From NCBI RefSeq assembly GCF_055900595.2, contig NZ_CM148325.1: DNA of 64,000 nucleotides; one strand, given 5' to 3'. Shown piece after piece: positions 29,838-41,980 of this stretch (position 1 is the first letter of the stretch; each line of letters opens with the position of its first letter). The notes under the pieces are model-generated. The model saw nothing but the letters and a program-made list of their open reading frames with translations, had not been told where the DNA came from and ran no database searches. The position numbers and the translations under genes are program-made.

Positions 29838-31853
29838 TTACAACACCTCGCGAACCGAGATCCCCAGCCGCTGCATTCGTGATAGCAGCGTGGTGCGCTT
29901 CATCCCTAATCGCGTCGCCGCGCCACGGGGCCCGGCAACAATGCCATTGGTTTCTCGCAATACCTGAACAATGCGCTGACGTTCTTCTTCGTCATTCTCT
30001 GGCGTCGTCGGGTGCAGTAACTGCGCCATTGAACTGCGAAGCGCCGAATTTTCATTTAACGTCGGCAGTAAACGGCTTTGGCGGACATTAAGATGTAAAT
30101 TCAGACTGTTACCGCGAGTCAGTAATACCGCTCGCTCAATCACGTTTTCCAGCTCGCGCACGTTGCCCGGCCAGTCCCACGACATCAACTGGCGTAGCGC
30201 TTCTGTTGGAATGGCATCAATTGTGCGATTCATATGGCGCGCCATTTTTTGTGTAAAATGTTTTGCTAAAAGAGGGATATCTTCCGGACGGTCGCGTAGC
30301 GGCGGCAATTCCAGTGGAAAGACGTTAAGTCGATAAAAGAGATCGCTGCGAAACTGGCGATCTTCTACCATTTGCCACAAATCACGGTTGGTGGCGGCAA
30401 TGACTCTGACATTCACCGGGATCGTTCTACTCCCACCGAGACGCTCAATTTCCCGCTCCTGTAATACGCGTAGCAGTTTGGGCTGAAGTTCTAACGGCAG
30501 ATCGCCAATTTCATCGAGAAATAACGTGCCGCCATCGGCAATTTCAAAACGACCACGATGAGTGTTAATCGCGCCAGTAAATGCCCCTTTGTCGTGACCG
30601 AATAACTCACTTTCCAGAAGACTGGCGGGGATAGCGGCGCAGTTGATTTTGACCAGCGGCTTGTCGCGTCGCGGGCTCAGTTGATGGATCGCCCTGGCGA
30701 TCACCTCTTTGCCGGTTCCGGTTTCACCACAAATCAACACCGTACTGTCGCTCTTCGCCACAATATCTACCTGCTGGAGTAAATCTTCCATTGCCTGGCT
30801 TTGGTAGATAATGTCACCGACGCCCAGATTCGAAAGGAGCTGCTCGCTAAGCTGGTGATTTTCTTGCTGTAAGCTTTCCTGCAAATCGGTCATGCTACGC
30901 CAGGCATCGGCATTGCCAACGGCAATAGCGATGCGATCGGCAATATGTTGTAGTAGCTGGCAGTTTTCCTCACTAAAGAGAGTGGGAGAGGTATGCGCCA
31001 GCAACAATGCACCCGGTGTATGGTTGCCAAAGGTGAGCGGTATAAGGAGCGCAGATTCGCAGCCGTTAGATGCAAGTAAGTGTAATAACGGGTCGCGTTG
31101 CCAGAGAAACAGATCGTCTGCACGGTGCGTCAAGGTCGGTTGTCGGGTTTGTAGCGTTTGTGTCAGCAATACACTTTCGCCAGGCATACAGCGTGGCAGA
31201 CACGCACAATGTGAGGCAGAAAGATCGCTGCACCACAGGCTGAACTTCTCGTTCTTTCGATGATCGCCCAGTACCATACTGACTGAAGCCAGACCGAAAA
31301 AATGATGGATCTCACGAGCGACGTCAGCGATCAGATCGTCGAGATCAAGATGTGACAACACTGCATTAGTGATATCCACCAGTACCCGATGATGATCGCG
31401 ATCTTTCTCCAGCAAACGCAGCGCCACCTGCTGTTCTTCATCATTGAGCCATGATTGCAGAACCGGAGTGATTATGTGTGCCAGCCAGTTAAACAGTGTG
31501 CAATCCAGGGGAGTAAAACGACTGCCGTGGGTGCGAATAAAGCGTAGCTCCGCCATTCCACTACTGCCGAGAAGGACGGCGTGGCGCGAATAATCGACCA
31601 TCTCGCCCTGATACTCTGTTGTTGCCGTCACATCGCTGCCATCATCATGGTAGCGGTAATAGAAGTTGCTTTTGAGAACATGCAGTTCAATAAGTTGTAC
31701 CGGGCTGAACGGCGGCGGCAGCGGGATGAAGGCGCGTAATAAAGACGCCTTGCCGTGTTTCTGCGCTAACCGCTCCGCGAGCATTCCGTTTACCGCTTCA
31801 ATTGTTATTCCTTGTGGCGGGGCAAACATCGCCTCGTCTGACATAGCCATCAA
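29838..31853 (-). CDS. hyfR: Sigma54-dependent transcriptional activator HyfR (FhlA-like)
   Basis: 671 aa. AAA+ sigma54-interaction motifs (GETGTGKE, GAFTGA) and C-terminal HTH. Confidence 0.95.
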   Translation of the reverse strand: MMAMSDEAMFAPPQGITIEAVNGMLAERLAQKHGKASLLRAFIPLPPPFSPVQLIELHVLKSNFYYRYHDDGSDVTATTEYQGEMVDYSRHAVLLGSSGMAELRFIRTHGSRFTPLDCTLFNWLAHIITPVLQSWLNDEEQQVALRLLEKDRDHHRVLVDITNAVLSHLDLDDLIADVAREIHHFFGLASVSMVLGDHRKNEKFSLWCSDLSASHCACLPRCMPGESVLLTQTLQTRQPTLTHRADDLFLWQRDPLLHLLASNGCESALLIPLTFGNHTPGALLLAHTSPTLFSEENCQLLQHIADRIAIAVGNADAWRSMTDLQESLQQENHQLSEQLLSNLGVGDIIYQSQAMEDLLQQVDIVAKSDSTVLICGETGTGKEVIARAIHQLSPRRDKPLVKINCAAIPASLLESELFGHDKGAFTGAINTHRGRFEIADGGTLFLDEIGDLPLELQPKLLRVLQEREIERLGGSRTIPVNVRVIAATNRDLWQMVEDRQFRSDLFYRLNVFPLELPPLRDRPEDIPLLAKHFTQKMARHMNRTIDAIPTEALRQLMSWDWPGNVRELENVIERAVLLTRGNSLNLHLNVRQSRLLPTLNENSALRSSMAQLLHPTTPENDEEERQRIVQVLRETNGIVAGPRGAATRLGMKRTTLLSRMQRLGISVREVL

Positions 31854-31879
31854 CAGTCCTTATTAATGAGAAATCCTTC

Positions 31880-32293
31880 TCACGCAATTTTTCTGGCCAT
31901 CAGATAGATGGCCGGTTCCTGCACAATTTCATCCAACAGATGAATGAATTGAATGCTACGCGCCTGCCACACAGACGTCGCGTCATCTGCCAGTGGCGCG
32001 AATGCCCTGGTCAACAGGGCGGTGTGGCTGGCGTCAATAACAATCTCACCAAAGGTCATCACCCCCAGCATCTTACGTCGGGCTTGCTCCTCTTCGACCT
32101 GTGCAAGCCAATCTTCGTATTCCGTCTGTGGGCAGCGGAAGGCGACATTCAGACAATCAATCACGCCAACGTGATGACCGATAGCCAACGAGTAATACAT
32201 TACCTGGGAGCTGTGTTCCGGCATCTCGTCGCTACTGGCGATAAATTTTTTTCGCAGCGTCCAGAAAACAATTTCCCCGCACTCCTCAGCCAT
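31880..32293 (-). CDS. hyfJ: Hydrogenase-4 component J (HycH-like maturation protein)
   Basis: 137 aa; operon position. Confidence 0.85.
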   Translation of the reverse strand: MAEECGEIVFWTLRKKFIASSDEMPEHSSQVMYYSLAIGHHVGVIDCLNVAFRCPQTEYEDWLAQVEEEQARRKMLGVMTFGEIVIDASHTALLTRAFAPLADDATSVWQARSIQFIHLLDEIVQEPAIYLMARKIA

Positions 32294-33044
32294 GTAACCC
32301 CCGGAGAACGCGAAAGAGTTGCTGAACGATACTATTGAGACGCGGATCGTCGGCTTCGCGCAACCAGGTGTTAACCCGATTTCCTGTAGGATCGTCGCTT
32401 AAATGGCGCAGGAGCCGATCGCAAATTTCTCGCCCCTGACGATAGCCCGCCAGCCGCCTCGCTTCTCGCTCAATGGCGATACGCTGTGATGGCGGGATCT
32501 GCGGCCACAGCGGTTGCATGGTCACCCCGGTGGGATCGCGATAATCCACCGCGTGAATCTTCTGTTGTAGCAAACCGAGCGCCACGGCGAAACCGTGAAT
32601 GGTGGCGGCCGGTGTTGGCGGACAGCCGGGGATCCAAACATCAATGGGGACAATGGTGTCGCTGCCGCCCCAGACGCTGTAGAGATCGTGGAAAATACCG
32701 CCGCCGACACCGCACGCGCCGTAGGAAACACAGATTTTATGATCGGGGGCAGACTCATATGCCCGAAGTGCAGGCATACGCATCGCCCGGGTGACTGCGC
32801 CAGTAAATAACAAAATATCGGCGTGACGCGGTGATGAAACAACCTTAATGCCAAAACGTTCTGCGTCGAATACTGGTGTGATGGCGGCAAAAATTTCGAT
32901 TTCGCAGGCGTTGCAGCCGCCGCAATCGACGCGATAAACGTAGGCCGAGCGACGGATATCCTGTAACAAATGCTGCTTCATCTTTTGCGTTTGTTCGTCC
33001 AGCGTGATGGGCTGGCTGACATGTTGCGTAAGCACTGGACTCAT
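32286..33044 (-). CDS. hyfI: Hydrogenase-4 small subunit (NuoB-like)
   Basis: 252 aa with the NuoB-type Cys cluster ([10 protein letters not shown]...GCPP). Confidence 0.9.
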   Translation of the reverse strand: MSPVLTQHVSQPITLDEQTQKMKQHLLQDIRRSAYVYRVDCGGCNACEIEIFAAITPVFDAERFGIKVVSSPRHADILLFTGAVTRAMRMPALRAYESAPDHKICVSYGACGVGGGIFHDLYSVWGGSDTIVPIDVWIPGCPPTPAATIHGFAVALGLLQQKIHAVDYRDPTGVTMQPLWPQIPPSQRIAIEREARRLAGYRQGREICDRLLRHLSDDPTGNRVNTWLREADDPRLNSIVQQLFRVLRGLHG

Positions 33045-33586
33045 AGCTGCTCCTTAGCCACCCGGGGTTCATCTGTGTCGTCGTTGATCAGCGTCGCGCG
33101 TTGTTTGCATTCCGGGCAGACGCTCGCTTGCGCCCACAACATTTCGCGGTTTTGTGGTGCATTTTGTTGCTGTGCCAACAGTTCTGCAGCCAGTGCGACG
33201 GTTTTTTGCGGGGCAAACGGGCGTTCGCAACGGCTGCAACGTTGTAGATGGAACGTCGCGCGGGTATAGAGATCGGCTTTATTGGTGACGGTCAGTTCAA
33301 AGTTATTGGTAAGCTGAATGGCTCTGGTCGGGCACACTTCTTCACAACGTCCGCAGTAAATACAACGCCCCAGATAGAGCTGCCAGGTGCGCGTATTTTG
33401 CTGGTCGTCGGTCTGGATAGTCAGCGCATTTGCCGGACAAGCACAGGCGCAGGCACCGCAGGCAATACATTGGCTGGGCATCAGGTCCGGTTTCCCGCGA
33501 AAGCCTGGGCTGACCTCCAGTGGCGCGAAGGGATATTTCACCGTCGCGGTTCCGGCGCGCATAATAGTTTTCAGTAACTTCAGCAT
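33041..33586 (-). CDS. hyfH: Hydrogenase-4 ferredoxin-type subunit (2x[4Fe-4S])
   Basis: 181 aa with CxxCxxCxxxCP motifs. Confidence 0.9.
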   Translation of the reverse strand: MLKLLKTIMRAGTATVKYPFAPLEVSPGFRGKPDLMPSQCIACGACACACPANALTIQTDDQQNTRTWQLYLGRCIYCGRCEEVCPTRAIQLTNNFELTVTNKADLYTRATFHLQRCSRCERPFAPQKTVALAAELLAQQQNAPQNREMLWAQASVCPECKQRATLINDDTDEPRVAKEQL

Positions 33587-33595
33587 TTTCTGTCC

Positions 33596-35311
33596 TTACT
33601 TCAGCGGCGAACGGTTACGATCAATGCCGTAGCGTTCGATCTCTTTATACGGCACGGTTTTTGACTGGCGCTTGCGCACATCAACCAGCGTCACACGGTC
33701 GGTACAGGAGTAGCAGGGATCAAGGCTACCGATAATCAGCGGTGCGTCAGAAACGGTATTGCCGCGCAGCATGTAACGCAGCACTGGCCAGTTGGCGTAG
33801 GTGGCGGCACGACAGCGCCAGCGGAACAATTTTTGGTTATTACCGAGCATGCTCCAGTGCACGTCTTCACCGCGTGGCGCTTCAACAAAGCCCAGCGCGA
33901 ATGCGTGAGGTTTATAGCTAAAGCCTTCGGTCAGCAGTGGGGTATCCGGCATGTTGTCGAGGGCAAATTCCAGCATTGCCAGCGAATCAAACGTCTCTTT
34001 GACACGGACCATCACGCGGGAGAAGACATCGCCGCCGGTAAAGGTAAACAGCGTTTTTGGAATATTGCCGTAGTCGGCGTAGGGGTGATCAAAGCGCAAA
34101 TCACGGGCAAAACCACTGCCACGGATCAGCGGCCCTACGGGGCTATAATCACGGGCGATTTGTCGGTCGAGAATGCCAATGCCCTGAGTGCGTTGTTCCA
34201 TATTCGGCGTGGCAAGCAGCATCTCTACCAGCTCCGACACGTCGGCGCGCATCTCGCGCACCAGTTTCATCGTTTGCAGACGTTGCTCTTTGAGAATATC
34301 GCGGCGAACACCACCAATCAGATTCAGACCGTAGGTTTTACGCGACCCGGTCAGCAATTCCGCCATCGTCATCGACTTTTCCCGCACGCGGAAAAATTGC
34401 ATAAAACCGGTATCAAAACCAACAAAATGGCAGGAGAGGCCAAGATTGAGCAAATGACTGTGCAGCCGTTCGACTTCCAGCAGAATCGAACGAATGGTAT
34501 GCGCTCGTTGTGGCACCTCAATCCCCAGTGCATTTTCAACCGAGTTGGTATAGGCCACACTGTGGGCAAAACCGCAAATCCCGCACACGCGGTCCGACAA
34601 GAAGGTCACTTCGTTGTAGCCCATCCGCGTTTCTGCCAGTTTCTCCATGCCGCGATGGACATAAAACAGGCGGTAATCAGCATCGACAATTTGCTCGCCA
34701 TCCACAAACAAGCGGAAGTGACCTGGTTCATCGGAGGTGATATGCAGCGGGCCAACAGGGATCACCCGCGCATCGCTGTTGCCCTCGTTGATAAACGGAT
34801 ACGTTTCGGTATCAGTCGTCGGTTCAGGGCGCAGTCGATAATCCATCGCGTCTTTGCGCAGCGGATGCATATCTTCCGGCCAGTCATCGGGCAACACCAG
34901 GCGACGCTGATCCGGCAGGCCAACCGGAATCAGCCCGTACATATCGCGAATTTCTCGCTCGCCCCAGACCGCGGCAGGGACGCGCGGTGTGACTGACGGA
35001 AACTCCCGACTGTCGGCATCGACCAGTGCCTTCACCACGATCCAGCATTTTTCGGCCCCTTCCATTGAAAGGGCATAATAAACCGCGTAATGACCGTTAA
35101 GTGTCCGCTCGTCGTTGCCAAACAGGACCGGAAGCCAGCCATCATGTTGATAATAAAGATAATGTACAACGTCAGGCAGCAGATTTATTTTCACCGTAAT
35201 GGTGACCTGTTCAGGCGTTTGTCGCTCTTCATCCAGCACCGCGCCGGGGAACTGCGTTTTCAGGGCGGCGAGAATCGCTTCGCCACGATTTGACGATGAA
35301 TTAACGTTCAC
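33596..35311 (-). CDS. hyfG: Hydrogenase-4 large (NiFe) subunit
   Basis: Start assigned to the GTG at 35311 with SD GGAGAAA ([14 protein letters not shown]...). Overlaps the hyfF stop. The exact start is uncertain. Confidence 0.85.
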   Translation of the reverse strand: MNVNSSSNRGEAILAALKTQFPGAVLDEERQTPEQVTITVKINLLPDVVHYLYYQHDGWLPVLFGNDERTLNGHYAVYYALSMEGAEKCWIVVKALVDADSREFPSVTPRVPAAVWGEREIRDMYGLIPVGLPDQRRLVLPDDWPEDMHPLRKDAMDYRLRPEPTTDTETYPFINEGNSDARVIPVGPLHITSDEPGHFRLFVDGEQIVDADYRLFYVHRGMEKLAETRMGYNEVTFLSDRVCGICGFAHSVAYTNSVENALGIEVPQRAHTIRSILLEVERLHSHLLNLGLSCHFVGFDTGFMQFFRVREKSMTMAELLTGSRKTYGLNLIGGVRRDILKEQRLQTMKLVREMRADVSELVEMLLATPNMEQRTQGIGILDRQIARDYSPVGPLIRGSGFARDLRFDHPYADYGNIPKTLFTFTGGDVFSRVMVRVKETFDSLAMLEFALDNMPDTPLLTEGFSYKPHAFALGFVEAPRGEDVHWSMLGNNQKLFRWRCRAATYANWPVLRYMLRGNTVSDAPLIIGSLDPCYSCTDRVTLVDVRKRQSKTVPYKEIERYGIDRNRSPLK

Positions 35312-36881
35312 TGTGTTTCTCCGAAACAGATGCGGTGCCTGAAGGCAAAAAATCATGCCAGGTGCTACGTTGTGCAGGCAGGTCGTGCGTCCCTGAGAGG
35401 ACTATAGTGGAAGCGCCCGCCAGGATCCTGATGACAGGTTGTGGAATATGCGTTCCCATCGCCAGCATCATGACCAGCAGAATCACCATTGGCGAGGTGG
35501 TCAACCAGCCAAGTTCACCCCGGTTAACGGCCTGCGGCGGTTTCGCCATTAATACCCGCGCAGCCATCCGTACCAGGCCCGCCAGCACCAGCGTTAACAG
35601 CAATAACAGCAGGACGATAATCAACAGGTGATTACGAGCCAGTCCGGCGGTAACGGTCATAAATTCGCTAAGAAAAATGTTGAAGGGCGGCATCCCGGCC
35701 AGCGCCAGCGCACCGCCGCCAAACAGCACGGCGGTAAATGGCATGATTTTGAGCATTCCGCAGACGACGTTGAGATCGCGCGTGCCGTACTTGAGCAGTA
35801 CATTGCCGGAACCGCAGAACAGCAGCGTTTTTGCCAGACTGTGGTTTAAGGTGTGCAGCAGCGCAGCAAAAATTCCCAGCGGCCCGCCAATGCCTAGCGC
35901 CACCGCGACCAGTCCCATGTTCTCCACGCTGGAGTACGCCAGCAGACGCTTAATGTCCCGCTGTACCAGAATGAAAAATGCCGCCACGGCAACCGACAAC
36001 ATGCCGAAGATGAGCAACAACCGGTTGGGGAAATCGCTGCCGATGGCCTGGCAAATAATGATGTAATAGCGAATCAGCACCAACAGCGCGCAGTTCAGCA
36101 ATACGGCGGAGAGCAGGGCGCTGACCGGACTCGGCGCTTCACTGTGAGCATCCGGCAGCCAGGCGTGCATGGGAAATAGCCCGGTTTTGGTGCCAAAGCC
36201 AATTAGCACAAACACAAAGGCCAACAGCATTAATGTTGGGTCAAGCAAGGACGATTGCTTAAGAACCTCGCTCCAGAATATCGCCATTTCTGCCTGCGGC
36301 ATAACGCTGGCGGCGTTGGCGTATACCAGCACGGTACCGAACAGACCAAAAGCGACACCAACAGTACAAATAATGATGTACTTCCATGCAGCTTCCAGAG
36401 ATGAACGCTGACCGTAAATGCCTACCAGAAACGCCGAGCTTAAGGTGGTGGCTTCGATTGCCGCCCACATCACAATCAGGTTATTGCTGGTAACAACCAG
36501 CAGCATGGTGAACAAAAACAGATGGAAGAAACCGTAGTAATCGCACAGCGTAACGGGTGAAAGCTCGCCGTGAGCCACTTCATGACGCATGTAGCCAATC
36601 GAGTAAACACCGGTGAGAAAGCCAATCACACCAAGAATGGCGAGGAACAAACCGCCCAGACCATCAATATGAAGCCACAGTCCCGCAGCGAATATTTCTC
36701 CCGCATCAGCGGCAGTTTGGACCACCCACAGTGCCAGAATCAGCAGCAGTGTGATCCCTAAGCTATGTAGTACTGTCACCGTGCGAGTCGCAGAGTATCC
36801 CCGTTTCCGGCAGGCAAAACAGAGCAGCGAAAAAAGCAGCGGCGTGAGCAGGAGTAAAGCGAACATCACAGAATAACTCAT
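35301..36881 (-). CDS. hyfF: Hydrogenase-4 membrane subunit F (NuoN/L antiporter-like)
   Basis: 526 aa polytopic membrane protein. Confidence 0.9.
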   Translation of the reverse strand: MSYSVMFALLLLTPLLFSLLCFACRKRGYSATRTVTVLHSLGITLLLILALWVVQTAADAGEIFAAGLWLHIDGLGGLFLAILGVIGFLTGVYSIGYMRHEVAHGELSPVTLCDYYGFFHLFLFTMLLVVTSNNLIVMWAAIEATTLSSAFLVGIYGQRSSLEAAWKYIIICTVGVAFGLFGTVLVYANAASVMPQAEMAIFWSEVLKQSSLLDPTLMLLAFVFVLIGFGTKTGLFPMHAWLPDAHSEAPSPVSALLSAVLLNCALLVLIRYYIIICQAIGSDFPNRLLLIFGMLSVAVAAFFILVQRDIKRLLAYSSVENMGLVAVALGIGGPLGIFAALLHTLNHSLAKTLLFCGSGNVLLKYGTRDLNVVCGMLKIMPFTAVLFGGGALALAGMPPFNIFLSEFMTVTAGLARNHLLIIVLLLLLLTLVLAGLVRMAARVLMAKPPQAVNRGELGWLTTSPMVILLVMMLAMGTHIPQPVIRILAGASTIVLSGTHDLPAQRSTWHDFLPSGTASVSEKHSER

Positions 36882-36885
36882 CTCA

Positions 36886-37536
36886 TTATCCCTTCAGCGC
36901 GGTCAAGTTGTTCACGTCCAGCGTGCCGTGGGTACGCCATATTTTTCTTGCCAGTAACACCATCACAATGACGGCGAAGATGGCGTCGGTAGCGATACCA
37001 ATTTCCACCAGTTCCGGTGCACGCCAGGCAAGAAGCGCCAGCACCAGATGGGAGCCGTTTTCCATCAGGCAGTAACCAAAAATTTGCCGCAGGATATTGC
37101 GCTGGCTGACAATGCACAGCAGGCCAAGCAGAAAATGACCTAACGCCACCGCCAGCGCCGGTTTCAGCCCGGTAGCCATCGGTAGCTTCACGGGCTGAAC
37201 GACAAATGTGCAAAGCAGGACAATTAATGCCGCGAGCAATGCCATCATTGCCGGACCGAATAACGCTTTTTCCGGGAGGTTCTGGGGAATATTTCGTGCA
37301 GCGTAAATCATGATTAACGGTACCATCAGTACTTTGGTGATAAAGGCGCTGGCGGACCAGATCAGCAGTTGCTCTGCGGCGAACAGGCACGAGAGGGTGG
37401 CGAAAATAGACACCAGCACCAGCGACTGGCAGGCGTAAAATCCGCATGACAGGCGATAGCTTTTGACACTAATCACAAACAGCGATGTCAGCATCATCAG
37501 TCCCGCCAGATTATTTACGATCATAGAACCGGTCAT
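36886..37536 (-). CDS. hyfE: Hydrogenase-4 membrane subunit E
   Basis: 216 aa hydrophobic protein. Confidence 0.85.
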   Translation of the reverse strand: MTGSMIVNNLAGLMMLTSLFVISVKSYRLSCGFYACQSLVLVSIFATLSCLFAAEQLLIWSASAFITKVLMVPLIMIYAARNIPQNLPEKALFGPAMMALLAALIVLLCTFVVQPVKLPMATGLKPALAVALGHFLLGLLCIVSQRNILRQIFGYCLMENGSHLVLALLAWRAPELVEIGIATDAIFAVIVMVLLARKIWRTHGTLDVNNLTALKG

Positions 37537-37547
37537 TCATCATCTCC

Positions 37548-38987
37548 TTACTGCAACCAGGTCGCGGCGAATACGCTGGAAATCAGCGACATCACAATTA
37601 GTACAATCAACACCAGGCGCATTGATCCTGGCAGCGGTGCGGCAGCGGCGACGGCTTCGCTCGGTTTGCCAGGCACGACGCGACCAAACCAGCGAATAAA
37701 CCAGGCGAAACTGGCGACCGATTCAATCATCAGCAGAATCATGGCGGGCAGCAGGATCCAGTACTCCACTGACAACGAAAAACCGGCAGCAAACAGTGGG
37801 AATTTACTGAAGAAGCCGTTGAACGGCGGCACGCCAGTAATCGCCAGCGCGGCCACGCAGAAACCCACGCCTGGCAACGGCAGGGTGTGCAATACGCCAC
37901 GCAGGCGCGGCAACAAGCGCGTGCCGCAGCTGTAACTCAGCGCACCTGCTACAAGGAAAAACAGGCTTTTAGCGAACGCGTGGTTGACGATGTAGGCGAT
38001 GCTGCCCTCCAGTGCCAGCCGCGAGCCGAAGATGGAGAGCGACAAGCCGAAGAACATCCAGCCAAGTTGAGTGATGGTCGACCAGGCCAGCAACCGCTTC
38101 ATATCCTGCTGCGGCAAATACATCAGGAAGCCGTAAAGAATGGTGACCAGTGCCATGACCATGCCAATGCCGCCAATCACATGCGGGATATTGCCGCCGT
38201 CGATAATGGCGCGGGCAAAAATGTAAACGCCCACTTTCACCATCGATGCGGCGTGGAGATAGGCGCTGATCGGTGTTGGCGCTTCCATTGCATCCGGTAG
38301 CCACGCTTGCATCGGTAGCTGGGCCGATTTTCCCCACGCGGCAAACAGGATGCCGCCATAAACCAGATAACGTGCGTCGCCGTGTAACTCGCTCATCGCG
38401 CTAAGCGCAAACGTTCCGGTCTGCAAAAACAGCGTGGCGGCGGCAAGATACAACCCCAGCGAACCGATATGAGTGATAAGTAACGCTTTTAGTGCTGAAC
38501 GTTGCGCTTTATCGCTCTGGTAATAACTGATCAACGCCCAGGAGCAGCCGCCCGTAATTTCAAAAAACAACAACTGACCGAGCAGCGTCGAGGAGAGTAC
38601 CAGTCCCGCCATCGCGCCGATAAAAACCAGCAAAAATGCGTAATAACGATTCGTGCCGTTATGCGGGTGTTCGCGATTTTTATCCGTCAGATAACCCGTG
38701 GAGTAGATCGTGACCAGCAAACCGAGGAACACCACCACAAACAGAATCAGCGTACTCACGCGATCAATGACCAGGCCAAACAACGCCACATCCCCCACGT
38801 TGACCAACGTCAACGTGACGGCAACTTTATCGGCCTGATAAAACGCGGAGATCAGCGACAACATGCACAGCGTGGTCAGCGCGGCGAACAAAATCCCCCA
38901 TTCGGCGGCCCGACGTTGTGGCGAAAACGAAACGACCAGTGCGCCGATAAAAGGCAGCAATAACGTCGTCAGAGCAAGATTTTCCAT
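37548..38987 (-). CDS. hyfD: Hydrogenase-4 membrane subunit D (antiporter-like)
   Basis: 479 aa polytopic membrane protein. Confidence 0.9.
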   Translation of the reverse strand: MENLALTTLLLPFIGALVVSFSPQRRAAEWGILFAALTTLCMLSLISAFYQADKVAVTLTLVNVGDVALFGLVIDRVSTLILFVVVFLGLLVTIYSTGYLTDKNREHPHNGTNRYYAFLLVFIGAMAGLVLSSTLLGQLLFFEITGGCSWALISYYQSDKAQRSALKALLITHIGSLGLYLAAATLFLQTGTFALSAMSELHGDARYLVYGGILFAAWGKSAQLPMQAWLPDAMEAPTPISAYLHAASMVKVGVYIFARAIIDGGNIPHVIGGIGMVMALVTILYGFLMYLPQQDMKRLLAWSTITQLGWMFFGLSLSIFGSRLALEGSIAYIVNHAFAKSLFFLVAGALSYSCGTRLLPRLRGVLHTLPLPGVGFCVAALAITGVPPFNGFFSKFPLFAAGFSLSVEYWILLPAMILLMIESVASFAWFIRWFGRVVPGKPSEAVAAAAPLPGSMRLVLIVLIVMSLISSVFAATWLQ

Positions 38988-39003
38988 ATTCCGTCAGTGC
39001 TCC

Positions 39004-39951
39004 TTACAGACCGGTTAACCAGAAGACCCAGGCAAGCGCAGCAAGGCTGAAGCCAAGCCAGGTCACATGGTGAATGAGTAAAAAACGCCCGCGTGCCAGC
39101 GTGTTTTCTGCGATAGAGGCCAGAACAAAAATCAGCAAAACCTTGAGCAGCGTAACGACAAGTGAAGTCAGCAGGCAGGTGAGAGAAAGCTCTTGCGCGC
39201 GCCCAAAGGGCAGAAACAGGGCCACAAACAGTGCTGCCATCACGACCTGTTTCAGCCCCAGCCCCCATTTCGCCAACGCCAGCCCGGCACCGGAATATTC
39301 GGTCAGCGGGCCTTCCTGTAATTCCTGTTCTGCTTCAGCAACATCAAAGGGAATTTTTCCCATCTCAATGAAGCAGGCAAAACCACAGGCCAGTAACGCC
39401 AGTACGGTGGTTAGCGGCGAGTTCCAGCCCGTCGCCAGCGTCTTGCTGATCATCTCGATATGCGTGGAATCCGCTATCAGCGCCAATACCAGCAGTGAGA
39501 GAATGAGCATGGGTTCGACCAGAATGCCGAGCGTCAACTCGCGACTGGCACCGACACCCGCAAACGGACTTCCGGTATCCAGCCCGGAAAGAGCAAAGAA
39601 AAAACGAAACAGGGCAAGAAGATAGATAAGGGTGATCAGATCGCCGCCGCCCGTAAAAGGGGAAACAGTAATAAATAGTGGTAGGGCCATCGCCAGCACC
39701 AGCATGCTGCTGATTAATACCCACGGCATCAGGCGGAACATCAGACCTGAAGATGTCGGCGCAACTTCCTGGCGTTTAAACAGTTTGTGGATATCGCGAT
39801 AATCCTGCCAGATCCCCGGTCCGCGACGGGAGTGCATACGCGCGCGTATCTGCCGGGAAATCCCCGTAAAAAGCGGGGTTAGCGCCAGCAGAATCACGGC
39901 CTGTGCTAACGCAAAAATGATCAGATATCCGTCGCAAAGAGTTTGTCTCAT
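39004..39951 (-). CDS. hyfC: Hydrogenase-4 membrane subunit C (NuoH-like)
   Basis: 315 aa from ATG at 39951 (MRQTLCDGYLIIFALA...). Confidence 0.9.
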   Translation of the reverse strand: MRQTLCDGYLIIFALAQAVILLALTPLFTGISRQIRARMHSRRGPGIWQDYRDIHKLFKRQEVAPTSSGLMFRLMPWVLISSMLVLAMALPLFITVSPFTGGGDLITLIYLLALFRFFFALSGLDTGSPFAGVGASRELTLGILVEPMLILSLLVLALIADSTHIEMISKTLATGWNSPLTTVLALLACGFACFIEMGKIPFDVAEAEQELQEGPLTEYSGAGLALAKWGLGLKQVVMAALFVALFLPFGRAQELSLTCLLTSLVVTLLKVLLIFVLASIAENTLARGRFLLIHHVTWLGFSLAALAWVFWLTGL

Positions 39952-39961
39952 GGTGATTTCC

Positions 39962-41980
39962 TTAGACGGCAATAGCGATTAGCAGCACAACCAGTGCGGC
40001 GACCACATACAGGCAATAGAGACGAAAGTCGCCGCTTTGCAGATGCTGTATTTCTTTGGCCAGCCGTTGGGTGGCGCTCACGATGGGGCGGATCACCCGC
40101 TCATCCCAAAAGGGTTCTGTGCTCTGAGCCCTGGCGGTGATGTGCGCGAGACCTTTGTTCAGCCTCAGCGTAGGGTCGAGCTGTTGTCGTAGACGAAATA
40201 GCGCAGAAAAGACCACACGCAGCGGCTGCATCACGCCATTGCCTGACGGGGCCATCGCATTTTCCCAGCCGTAGCCGCATGCCCAGGCATCTCCTGTGCG
40301 ACGAAACGCTGCGCGGCGCGAACGACACCACAGCCAGTAAAGGCCAGGCAGCAAAGGCATCGCCAGTAGTAACAGCAACAGTAATGAGGGAGTGACCCGT
40401 GTATGAAACGTGCCGGGTACAAGTGCCATTCCGCTGGCGACAGTGACGGAAGGGGTATTGGTAAACGCATGGGCAATGTGCATTATCTTCGGTGCCAGCC
40501 AACTGGCACTAAGCGCAATGAATACGCAGAGTGCCGCGAGCAGTAGCATGGCGACGATCATCGTATTTGGCACTTCCTGTGCCTCTTCAGCGTGTGTACT
40601 GCGCGGCGCACCACAGAAAGTAATGCCGTACATTTTGACGAAGCACATTACTGCCAGCCCACCAGTGACTGCCAGCATCACCATAGCAATAGGACCCGCA
40701 AGTTGTAGCGCTACGGCTTCCACACGACTTAGTGAGAACAGCGACTGCCAGGTGTACCATTCGCTGATAAAACCATTCAGCGGAGGAATGGCTGATATCG
40801 CGAGGCAACCAATCAGGCATGCTGCGGCTGTCCACGGCATCCGTTTTGCCAGTGCCCCCATTTTTTCCATGTCGTGGGTATGCAAACGCGAAATAATCGC
40901 ACCCGCGCCGAGAAATAGCAGCCCTTTGAACAGCGCATGGTTGAGCAGATGAAACAGTGCGCCGAGCAGTCCAACCACGGTGAGCAGCGGGTCGTGCAGT
41001 GACAGACCGACCATGGACACACCGACCGCCAGCAAAATAATGCCGACGTTTTCGACGGTACTCCAGGCCAGCAGCCGTTTGATATCCTGTTCCGCCAGCG
41101 CATACAGCACGCCCAGGAGCGCGGAGATTGCGCCGATCGCCATCACCAGAATGCCCCACCACAGCGGCAAACCCGTTTGCGCCAGCAGATCCATCGCCAC
41201 TTTCAGGATGCCGAAAATACCGATTTTGACCATTACGCCAGACATCAACGCCGAAGCGTGCGATGGTGCGGCAGGATGAGCGCGCGGCAACCAGCTGTGC
41301 AACGGCATCATCCCGGCTTTCGCGCCAAAACCGAAGAAGGCCAGCAGGAACACCGCCGACGCCAGCCCCGGAGAAAGTGAAAGCGTGCGGAAACTGGCAA
41401 AATCGAGGTTGCCGCTTTCGCGCCACATCAGCAAGAAGGCAATCATAATCAGCACCGATCCGGCGTGGGCGATAAAAAAGTAGAGCATGCCAGCGTTGAT
41501 TGACGTTTTATCCTGCCTGGCAATGACCAGAAACCAGGAAGACAGCGACATCATTTCAAACAACACGATGAACCAAAAAGCGTTGTCCATCACCAGCAGG
41601 GCAACCATCGATGCGATGAAAAGATTCATAAAGAAGCCCATCGCCGCCGCGCCTTTGCCCTCGTATTCGCGCATATAAGTCAATGAATAGAGCGAACAAA
41701 CCACCACCAGCAAGGAGATAACCAGCACCATAAATGCCGAGAGGCTATCCATTCGCAGGGTTAAATCGGCAAAGTCAAAAGGCGTGGCAAAACGGGCGAC
41801 TAAAGTTACGCCTGCATGTAATTGCGTAATTCCGCTGATGATGCCAATCGCGCCGCCCACCAGCGATGTGATGCCGGAAAGCTTAATAGCCAGTCTGTCC
41901 AGACCGAGTAAAAACAGCGAAGCCAGACTGGCAAACAGATAGAGGATCAGCGACCAGGTTAATAATTGCAGGGCATCCAT
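39962..41980 (-). CDS. hyfB: Hydrogenase-4 membrane subunit B (NuoL-like)
   Basis: 672 aa polytopic membrane protein. Confidence 0.9.
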   Translation of the reverse strand: MDALQLLTWSLILYLFASLASLFLLGLDRLAIKLSGITSLVGGAIGIISGITQLHAGVTLVARFATPFDFADLTLRMDSLSAFMVLVISLLVVVCSLYSLTYMREYEGKGAAAMGFFMNLFIASMVALLVMDNAFWFIVLFEMMSLSSWFLVIARQDKTSINAGMLYFFIAHAGSVLIMIAFLLMWRESGNLDFASFRTLSLSPGLASAVFLLAFFGFGAKAGMMPLHSWLPRAHPAAPSHASALMSGVMVKIGIFGILKVAMDLLAQTGLPLWWGILVMAIGAISALLGVLYALAEQDIKRLLAWSTVENVGIILLAVGVSMVGLSLHDPLLTVVGLLGALFHLLNHALFKGLLFLGAGAIISRLHTHDMEKMGALAKRMPWTAAACLIGCLAISAIPPLNGFISEWYTWQSLFSLSRVEAVALQLAGPIAMVMLAVTGGLAVMCFVKMYGITFCGAPRSTHAEEAQEVPNTMIVAMLLLAALCVFIALSASWLAPKIMHIAHAFTNTPSVTVASGMALVPGTFHTRVTPSLLLLLLLAMPLLPGLYWLWCRSRRAAFRRTGDAWACGYGWENAMAPSGNGVMQPLRVVFSALFRLRQQLDPTLRLNKGLAHITARAQSTEPFWDERVIRPIVSATQRLAKEIQHLQSGDFRLYCLYVVAALVVLLIAIAV

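Noticed and set aside
33833-34996. 387-aa + strand ORF inside hyfG
   Set aside because: Antisense to the hydrogenase large-subunit gene; long open frames on the opposite strand are common in GC-rich genes.
40587-41426. 279-aa - strand ORF, plus several 60-180-aa ORFs on both strands within hyfB/hyfC/hyfD
   Set aside because: They are out of frame or antisense within membrane-subunit genes whose own frames give typical polytopic proteins; the alternatives are Arg/Ala-rich with no start context.
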